From positions 27,095-91,094 of IMG/VR virus record IMGVR_UViG_3300042197_001567: a stretch of DNA of 64,000 nucleotides. The stretch is one strand, 5' to 3'. Below the pieces are notes generated by a model that worked only from the letters and a program-made list of their open reading frames with translations, made no database searches and was not told where the DNA came from. Made by a program: the position numbers and the translations under genes. The DNA comes from a virus. Of this stretch, positions 57,801-64,000 are shown piece after piece (position 1 is the first letter of the stretch; each line of letters opens with the position of its first letter).

Positions 57801-58157
57801 GTAATTTGGGGTAATAAAACACTTCAAGTTAGAGAATCAGCACTTGACAGAATCAATGTTAGAAGATTACTACTTCAAGCAAGAAAACTAATATCTGCGG
57901 TTTCTGTAAGATTGTTATTTGATCAGAACGATCAACAAGTAAGACAAGACTTCTTAAACGCTGTTAACCCAATATTAGATGCGATTAGAAGAGACCGAGG
58001 TCTATACGACTTTAGAGTTACAGTTTCTAACGATACAGAAGATTTAGATAAAAATCAGTTGGTAGGTAAAATCTACATTAAACCAACAAGATCTCTTGAG
58101 TTTATTGATATAACATTCTATATCACACCAACAGGAGCATCTTTCGATAACATCTAA
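54816..58157 (+). CDS. contractile tail sheath protein
   Basis: FVSPGVYTSEVD, KGPAFEP, PWFAAAGYTRG, IWGNKTL, DRINVRRLL, IKPTRSLEFI. Confidence 0.95.
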   Translation: MATNSKIFVSPGVYTSEVDLSFVAQSVGVTTLGIVGETQKGPAFEPIFVRNFDEFTQYFGGTSPEKFIGTQIPKYEASYIAKAYLSQSNQLFVTRILGLSGYDAGPSWSIMTKANLDPSTLDYWCLSGVTPSGTCEPICVVKKELPLMVDFSACTDGTVAYNLNGSSFPSFINIDELYETFQGGTSTLRDDIDQMILDIINDSNPYLAEDQYINYFGSIPKVDYTFLTANGYTASTNVFGVDNVSFEDSNPSSGLNDPWYYASFDNIGNSQYSGYSFFTTVTGITHLNPITTSTTTGVPPTTTTTTTNPCVTPTPITTTTTTAPLIIDCYAGTVVGMIYYFTGTSYTQYDDLVVCTLRSRGLSTYSDEINPVFEVTGTSQVTYDMTGEYSGVLKNPFLPFEIQAINNDGTVFNFEVSLSVSDANNVSKVFGRGNFDKPRTSVPLMVEELYSTLLTYGWNKGFIRGLSPVVVSSDGAQANDPKTIGWYMERFQSPSSPWVVSELRGSKVYNLFKFFTISDGNSANTEVKISLSDLSFNNETFTVLVRDYFDTDSNPVVLEKFTNCSMNPEENNFIAKKIGTLDGEYELRSKYILIEMNPDAPVDAIPCGFEGYTFREYAAGRSPYPVYKTKYFLPGEQVYNPPFGTTTGQDDAFVSAGDNVRKTYLGLGSYWGYDSDFFQYKGKVKPFDLCNGDGTEWNFRTKGFHMDQFASGITISSGFASSGTPAYEVGSTSFSSEPQDPTDPYYRLIARKFTVFVYGGFDGWDIYREFRTNADKFALGRSGFLNGACSSLRYPKGKGNGLFKQISIGDGTIEYGNTDYYAYLLGQRTFANPEAVNINVFTTPGIDIQNNSDLVEQAISMVEEDRADSLYIATLPDYNMFVATTTEGDNMIYPQEAVDIVEETGIDSNYTATYYPWVLTRDSVNNTQLYIPATAEVTRNLALTDNIAFPWFAAAGYTRGIVNSIKARKKLTQQDRDVLYLGRVNPIATFADVGTVIWGNKTLQVRESALDRINVRRLLLQARKLISAVSVRLLFDQNDQQVRQDFLNAVNPILDAIRRDRGLYDFRVTVSNDTEDLDKNQLVGKIYIKPTRSLEFIDITFYITPTGASFDNI

Positions 58158-58178
58158 TAAGAAAAAAAAAGAAGAAAG

Positions 58179-58208
58179 GGGGTCAAAGAAATTTGACCTC
58201 TTTTTTTT
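58179..58208 (+). terminator. intrinsic terminator
   Basis: GGGGTCAAA-GAAA-TTTGACCTC-T8. Confidence 0.8.
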
Positions 58209-58229
58209 ATATACTAGATATTTATTAAT

Positions 58230-59144
58230 ATGAATTATAAAAAGTTAGTTAGAGATATTTTATCAGAAATGGAAGTTGGTTCTTTTATACCAACTGTATA
58301 TCCTAGTCTAGACTGGGATGATAATATCATGAGAATGCCAACAAAAATTTATCTTTTAGATAAGGAAGGAAGAGATGTTGGTATGTCAACAGAAGACTTT
58401 GCCGAATACAGAAGTATGATTGGTAAAGAACATTTTGATTATGAAGGTCATACTATTGTTGGTTATTCACCAGATCCATTAGTTGACTTTAGAACCACAG
58501 GGGACAGAAAATTTTTAGATGATATAGAAAACGCACCACTTGTTAGAGTTGGATGGGAAAAGTTAAGAGACGCAATCAATAATGGTGTGATATTTGCAAT
58601 AATCACAGCAAGGGGTCATCACCCTAACACACTTAAAAAGGCGGTCTTAAAATTAATCAGTATGGAAAGGGGGGGTATTGACAAGAACCAAATGTTAAAC
58701 TCACTTCGAAAATTTAGAGAGACCATGAAATTAAAACCTATGAGTGATTCTGAATTGGTAAGAGATTATTTAAATCGTTGTGTTTTTGTGCCGGTTAGTT
58801 ATGAGTCAGACGAAGCTGCGTCCCCAGAAGAATTAAAGTTCCAAGCAAACAAAAATTTTCACGATTATGTAAGTGCTTTATCTTATAGATTACAGAAGAA
58901 GGCATATTTTGACGATCAAATCGGAGATAAAGGGCCTGTAGAAAGTGGATTCTTATTTGTAGAACCCGAAGTACACTTTTTAGATGATGATGAAAAAAAC
59001 GCAATTGCATCAAGTGAAAGAGCTAAAGAAACAGGATTAAAATCTTTAAGAACATTTTTAACTAAATCAGGTGAAGAAGAAGAAATTAAAGAAAATAAAT
59101 TAGCTGAAAATATTATTGCTAGAATTAAAAGAAGAATATTTTAA
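58230..59144 (+). CDS. HAD-superfamily phosphatase-like protein
   Basis: LDWDDN (motif I), ITARG (II), K (III), FLDDDEKN (IV). Confidence 0.65.
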   Translation: MNYKKLVRDILSEMEVGSFIPTVYPSLDWDDNIMRMPTKIYLLDKEGRDVGMSTEDFAEYRSMIGKEHFDYEGHTIVGYSPDPLVDFRTTGDRKFLDDIENAPLVRVGWEKLRDAINNGVIFAIITARGHHPNTLKKAVLKLISMERGGIDKNQMLNSLRKFRETMKLKPMSDSELVRDYLNRCVFVPVSYESDEAASPEELKFQANKNFHDYVSALSYRLQKKAYFDDQIGDKGPVESGFLFVEPEVHFLDDDEKNAIASSERAKETGLKSLRTFLTKSGEEEEIKENKLAENIIARIKRRIF

Positions 59145-59234
59145 AAAAAAACAAAGTAAATAGAAAAATTTTTTGACATGATATATTTATCATAATAAAA
59201 GAATAAACATAAAACAAAAAAAAATAAAAAAATT

Positions 59235-59723
59235 ATGGCTGATTTATTAATGAAAATGCCAGTTCCGTATGAACCTAAAAGACAGAACAGGTTTATTTTA
59301 CGTTTTCCTTCAAGTTTAGGTATTAACGAGTGGTTTGTAGAAAGTGCATCTCGACCAACAATTAAAATCAACTCTACGGAAATTCAATTTTTGAATACTT
59401 CAACTTATGTTGCTGGTAGATTTGTATGGAACTCAATCAATGTTAAGTTTAGAGATCCAATTGGGCCATCAGCTTCACAAGCAATTATGGAATGGATTCG
59501 TTTATGTGCTGAATCAGTAACAGGACGTATGGGTTATGCTGCGGGTTACAAAAAAAATGTCGACCTTGAAATGTTAGACCCTACAGGAGTTGTTGTTGAA
59601 AAGTGGATATTAGAGGGAGCTTTCTTAACTGATGCTAACTTTGGTTCGTTATCTTATTCACAAGATGCAATTGCCGACATTTCAGCGACTTTGCAAATGG
59701 ATCGTTGTATTTTGGTTTACTGA
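59235..59723 (+). CDS. tail tube protein (T4 gp19-like)
   Basis: YEPKRQNRF, W, GYKKNV.L.MLDP.G.VVEKW.L.GAF; 162 aa, follows the sheath gene. Confidence 0.85.
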   Translation: MADLLMKMPVPYEPKRQNRFILRFPSSLGINEWFVESASRPTIKINSTEIQFLNTSTYVAGRFVWNSINVKFRDPIGPSASQAIMEWIRLCAESVTGRMGYAAGYKKNVDLEMLDPTGVVVEKWILEGAFLTDANFGSLSYSQDAIADISATLQMDRCILVY

Positions 59724-59746
59724 AAACGATTCAAAATATTTTTTTC

Positions 59747-59782
59747 AAAATCCCTTTACTTCGGTATTAGGGATTTTTTTTT
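59747..59782 (+). terminator. intrinsic terminator
   Basis: AAAATCCCT..TAC-TTCG-GTA..AGGGATTTT followed by a T run. Confidence 0.7.
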
Positions 59783-59846
59783 GTTTATATTAATTCTTTA
59801 CTAAAAACAATGTGAAATTATATTTAAAATAAAAGTAAAATTAAAT

Positions 59847-60611
59847 ATGGAAAACAATGCTCACGAATACGGACAAATGAATTTTAACTTACCACACGAT
59901 GTTGTGTCTCTTCCATCCGGTGGTATTTTTTATCCAAACAAAAAAAAGAGTGTAAAAATTGGATATTTAACTGCCGCAGATGAAAATATCCTTGTAAACT
60001 TTGACGGAAACAAAACTATTAAAGAAAGTATTGTATTACCTCTTTTAAGAAATAAACTTTATGAATCGGATTTAAGACCGGAAGATTTACTTGACGGAGA
60101 TGTTGAAGCGATTTTAATTTTTTTAAGAAACACATCTTTTGGACCGGAGTACAAAGTTAATGTTGTGGATCCCGCAACTCAAAAAAATTTCACATCATCT
60201 ATTATGTTAGATGAACTTAACATTAAAAAAACCACAGTAAAACCAGACGAAAGTGGTACTTTTACAGTTTTACTACCAAAAAGTCAAACGACAGTAAAAG
60301 TGAAACCTTTAAACATGAGAGACACAGTTGAAATGGAAAGAATACTTGACATGTACCCACAAGGACGAGTTTCACCAATTATCACCACAAGACTTCAAAA
60401 ACAAATTGTAGAACTTAATGGTAGTGACGACAAAGGGCAAATTGCTAAGTTTGTTGAAAGTATGCCCATATCTGACTCTAAATTTGTTAGAAATTTTATT
60501 TTTGAAAACGAACCTAGATTAGATTTAACCCGAGAAATTATAGCCCCGTCTGGAGAAAGAGTTACTGTAACAGTAAACTTTGGGGTGGAATTTTTTCGGC
60601 CTTTCTTCTGA
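59847..60611 (+). CDS. tail assembly chaperone/baseplate hub assembly protein (T4 gp26-like)
   Basis: LPSGG.FY, LTAADENIL, L..GD..AILIFLR..SFG..Y, ends EFFRPFF; lies between tube and tape measure. Confidence 0.7.
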   Translation: MENNAHEYGQMNFNLPHDVVSLPSGGIFYPNKKKSVKIGYLTAADENILVNFDGNKTIKESIVLPLLRNKLYESDLRPEDLLDGDVEAILIFLRNTSFGPEYKVNVVDPATQKNFTSSIMLDELNIKKTTVKPDESGTFTVLLPKSQTTVKVKPLNMRDTVEMERILDMYPQGRVSPIITTRLQKQIVELNGSDDKGQIAKFVESMPISDSKFVRNFIFENEPRLDLTREIIAPSGERVTVTVNFGVEFFRPFF

Positions 60612-60750
60612 ATATAGAACCTTTATATTAGACGAATACATATTCTTAGCCAGAATGTTAAGAATTTCTTACTCTGATTTTCAGAGGATGCCAACTTACG
60701 AAAGAAAATACATTATTGACAAATTAATTGAGTCGAAAAATAAAAACTGA
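60595..60750 (+). CDS. frameshift extension of the tail chaperone (lambda gpGT analogue)
   Basis: +1 frame FGLSSEYRTFILDEYIFLARMLRISYSDFQRMPTYERKYIIDKLIESKNKN* entered at TTT TTT CGG. Confidence 0.65.
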   Translation, partial: FGLSSEYRTFILDEYIFLARMLRISYSDFQRMPTYERKYIIDKLIESKNKN

Positions 60751-60777
60751 TAAAAATATATTTATTAAATAAAAAAT

Positions 60778-62826
60778 ATGTTTGCACCAGGACAAGAAGC
60801 GGACCCAACGGCAATTAGTGCTGAAATTCTTAAACAACAACAAGATGCTAACATTAGAGAGTCTAGAAGGGTTGGTAAAGATCTCTACACAAATATTTTA
60901 AGAGGATTTGCCGAAGGTAATATTTTTGACCCAGCCAACAAAGACAGCGTCGCGGCTGTTCTGAATGATGCAATCAAAAAGGTTACTGATCCCAGGGAAA
61001 TTTTAAAAAGGACTGCGGATTTAGATGCTATGGCGGCTAAATTAAGAAACACTCTTGGTTTAGGAACAGAAAAAAGTAGAGAATTTTCACAGGCAATTGC
61101 AGACAATGCGGGTAGATTTATTGAATACGGATTTGATATTGAAGAAGTTGTTGACACATATGAAGATTTATTTAAAACATATAGAACAAATGTAACAATA
61201 TCGGATGAAGAATTATTACAACTTAAATCAACTGCAGCAGTAACCGCTCAAGGTGTTGGAACCTTAACTGAAAGTTTTAGAGCGGTTGGTGTAGGTATCA
61301 ATGAGATTGGTGATAGAATGTTAGAAGTTACTAACATTGCAAAAGATGCTGGAGTTGCGGTAAGTGCTGTAGCGGCTGGTGTTGTTAGTAATTTAGAAAA
61401 AATGAATATCTATAATTTTGAGGGAGGAACAAAAGGTTTAGCCAAAATGTCAGCACAGGCTGCAAGATTAAATATAGACATGGGTAAAATTTTTACCGTT
61501 GTGGACAAAGTATTCAACCCAGAAGGAGCAATAGAATTGGCAGCCTCATTACAAAGGTTAGGTGTGTCTGCAAACGCACTTTTAGATCCTTTGAGATTAA
61601 TGGACCTATCACAAAACGACCCAGCCGAACTACAAAATCAAATAGTAGAAATGTCTAAAGATTTCGTAAGGTTCAATGAAACTTTAGGTCAATTTGAAAT
61701 TTTACCAGGTGAAAAAAGAAGATTAAATGAAATAGGTAAAGAACTTGGTATGACAAGTGGAGAATTACAAAAGATGGCAATAAACGCCGCCAATCTTGAC
61801 CATAAAATGAAACAAATTAAATTTCCAAGTTCAATCGCAAGTAAAGAAGATAGAGAATTAATTGCAACCTTAGCCACTGTAAATAAAGAAGGTATTGCAG
61901 AAATAAAAGTTAAACAATTTGACGATAAAGGAAACGAAACTGGACAATTTGAAATTGTTGAGGCGTCACAACTTACTGCCAAACAAATCGAGGCATTGAA
62001 AAAAGACCAACAAAGTAGAGGTCTTACCATGGAAGAACTACAAAAAGAAAATTTAACTGAATTACAGAGACTTAATTATTTGGTCGAGTCAATTGTAACC
62101 GCAATTGCATATGGAGAATCTGGATCTATGCCAGCAAGGGAATTATACGAGTTTGGTACTAAAAAAGTAAGAGAAACTTTATTTACCGAAGGAGATAGAC
62201 AAGGTATTGTTGGTGAAGAATTTAGAAACAGTAAACAATATAGACAAACTATTGATGATATGTATGCTGGTTTGAAACCAACACTTCAACAAATGGGACC
62301 TGAAGTTATGGAGTTGATAATGACAAAAGGAAAAGAAATTATTCAAAATATGAATATACCAACTTCTATTGGAGATATAACAACTATGATTAAAGACAAA
62401 ATTACGGATATTATAGGAGGAGGAGGAGGATTCAGTAATATTTTATCTAATTTTGGTATCGGAGGTTCTGAAACAGATCCTTTATCAAACTTTAATAAAA
62501 ACACCGAAGTATTAAACACAACCGTTTCAAACTTTACCACGCAACTTAATAATGTTTTTGAAATGGGTAAAATTGAATTTAAACCATTAGAAATAAATGA
62601 AAACGTTAAAATAGACTTAAATGTTAAGTTAGATCCAGATTCTAAAAACCAAGCATTAACAGATCTTATGACAAGAGCATTAACAGAATATTTCGAAGGT
62701 GGAAATAATACAACAAATATCAACATGATACTTGATCAAATGAACAAACACAAAACTGGAAATGGTTTAATACCTGGAGGATCTGGAGGACAATACACCG
62801 CAAGTGCTCCAGGAAAACCTTCATAA
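60778..62826 (+). CDS. tape-measure-like protein
   Basis: 682 aa, helical and Ala/Glu-rich; follows tube and chaperone. Confidence 0.6.
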   Translation: MFAPGQEADPTAISAEILKQQQDANIRESRRVGKDLYTNILRGFAEGNIFDPANKDSVAAVLNDAIKKVTDPREILKRTADLDAMAAKLRNTLGLGTEKSREFSQAIADNAGRFIEYGFDIEEVVDTYEDLFKTYRTNVTISDEELLQLKSTAAVTAQGVGTLTESFRAVGVGINEIGDRMLEVTNIAKDAGVAVSAVAAGVVSNLEKMNIYNFEGGTKGLAKMSAQAARLNIDMGKIFTVVDKVFNPEGAIELAASLQRLGVSANALLDPLRLMDLSQNDPAELQNQIVEMSKDFVRFNETLGQFEILPGEKRRLNEIGKELGMTSGELQKMAINAANLDHKMKQIKFPSSIASKEDRELIATLATVNKEGIAEIKVKQFDDKGNETGQFEIVEASQLTAKQIEALKKDQQSRGLTMEELQKENLTELQRLNYLVESIVTAIAYGESGSMPARELYEFGTKKVRETLFTEGDRQGIVGEEFRNSKQYRQTIDDMYAGLKPTLQQMGPEVMELIMTKGKEIIQNMNIPTSIGDITTMIKDKITDIIGGGGGFSNILSNFGIGGSETDPLSNFNKNTEVLNTTVSNFTTQLNNVFEMGKIEFKPLEINENVKIDLNVKLDPDSKNQALTDLMTRALTEYFEGGNNTTNINMILDQMNKHKTGNGLIPGGSGGQYTASAPGKPS

Positions 62827-62891
62827 AATTATCATATCTTTAATTTAAAAAAACCATAATTATCTATTTATTTATAACAAAGTAAATTTTA

Positions 62892-64000
62892 ATGTCGGAT
62901 ACAACTTTATCATTTGATGCAAGTTCATCATTTAGAAATTCATTGATGAATAGAAACCTACCACCATATGCGGTACCGGGAGCCTTTTCACCACCATCAG
63001 GAAATGTAAATTATGAAATTTCACCATTGAATGATAGTTCAGTTATTGACTCACCAAATGATCTGATAGGTACAACTCAATTAGCAAATCAATTATATCC
63101 ACTAAATGAATATGGTCCAGATGGAGGATATAATAATGTTACATCAATAAGTCCAATTCCATTACCAGTCGACCCAAATCAAGGTGAATATGGACAGGAT
63201 GATGCGGAAATTTCATTAGTTAATGAATTTTTCATTGACGCCGCATACATAAAAAATGTTTATGGTCCAGAAACAGGATATAAAGATTTATATATTGTAA
63301 CTGATGTAATTCAAAATGCACAATATTTTGTGCCTTATTCTGATAGTGAAGGAGTACCTTTAGTCTTTCTTCCTTCAACATATACACCATTTCAAATATT
63401 AATCGACGACAACCCACAAGGATCATCCGGTTTATTATCACAAGACTCACAATTAGCTCAAAGAGCAGCGATCGCACTTCGAGATGAATTTAAAGCAAGA
63501 ATTGCATTTGAACAACAACAATTAATATCGAACGTATTTCAATTAGATAACTTACAAGATCCATTTGAGGCTTCATTAGTTGCTACAGGTCAACAACCAT
63601 TGATTGGAAAAAACTGGAAGATTACAGTTCCAGAAAATCCATTACTTTTAGCCGTTTCATTTGCCAATAGATTGACAGGAACTTATTTTCCTGTATCACC
63701 AATACCTGGAGATTATTTTGACGAAAATAATCAAGTACTATCACCACAGACAGAAAATGCACTAAACACGGTAAATAATTTAACTGGAGGACTATTAGGT
63801 CCTATTTTGAATAAAACAAGAAATCCATCCGAAGTATTTTTAGCGAATACTGGATACGGACAAAAATCAGTTTTATTTAAAAGTTTAGATTATAATGTTT
63901 ATCGTCCTAAATATGAAAAAGGATTATTGTTAGGTGTAACAACAGCAATCAATAATTTACTTGGTAACAATACAACGCAAGGTGGTGGTTACTATGTAGG
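62892..64000 (+). CDS. putative structural protein, runs off window end
   Basis: MSDTTLSFDASSSFRNSLMNRNLPPY...; apparently open to the window end; TATTTAT upstream. Confidence 0.65.
   Translation, partial: MSDTTLSFDASSSFRNSLMNRNLPPYAVPGAFSPPSGNVNYEISPLNDSSVIDSPNDLIGTTQLANQLYPLNEYGPDGGYNNVTSISPIPLPVDPNQGEYGQDDAEISLVNEFFIDAAYIKNVYGPETGYKDLYIVTDVIQNAQYFVPYSDSEGVPLVFLPSTYTPFQILIDDNPQGSSGLLSQDSQLAQRAAIALRDEFKARIAFEQQQLISNVFQLDNLQDPFEASLVATGQQPLIGKNWKITVPENPLLLAVSFANRLTGTYFPVSPIPGDYFDENNQVLSPQTENALNTVNNLTGGLLGPILNKTRNPSEVFLANTGYGQKSVLFKSLDYNVYRPKYEKGLLLGVTTAINNLLGNNTTQGGGYYV

Noticed and set aside
272-63477. Many short ORF-track entries antisense or out of frame to long genes (e.g. 272..550, 7087..7419, 8677..8961, 27030..27350, 31185..31517, 42939..43223, 61689..62030, 63232..63477)
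   Set aside because: They are shadows of real genes, with biased composition and no motifs or initiation signals
1-64000. tRNA, rRNA or CRISPR arrays
   Set aside because: Intergenic gaps are short and explained by terminators and promoters; no cloverleaf or repeat-spacer pattern was seen by eye

Overview
This 64 kb window is AT-rich, densely coding DNA from a large T4-like/jumbo myophage. A Bacteroidota host is inferred from A-rich starts without Shine-Dalgarno sequences, a TTTG-N20-TAnnTTTG promoter and a signal peptide followed by Gln. Virion genes: tail sheath, tube, tail chaperone, tape-measure-like, neck and terminator proteins, a gp5-like spike and two glycine-rich beta-helix fibres. 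Other genes: family B DNA polymerase, an intein-split SNF2 helicase, a gp55-like sigma factor, PhoH, dUTPase, an Fe/Mn-SOD polyprotein, four free-standing homing endonucleases and two glycosyltransferase clusters. Main observations: (1) a glycosyltransferase gene (22045-20798, minus) interrupted by GGC-UGA-GGU inside a 13-bp GC-rich stem and overlapped by a homing endonuclease gene, a candidate programmed ribosomal stop-hop cassette reminiscent of T4 gene 60/mobA; (2) a candidate virion O-glycosylation system, with AAH/TibC-like, GT60, GT8, GT9 and HtrL-like enzymes next to Ser/Gly beta-helix fibres and mucin-like Thr/Pro tracts in virion proteins; (3) a recurrent TATTTAT late-promoter motif, which lies in the loop of start-codon-sequestering hairpins at all three complete homing endonuclease genes; (4) a +1/-2 frameshift site in the tail chaperone; (5) a junction that truncates two convergent genes. 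All family calls come from motif recognition by eye; no database search was run.
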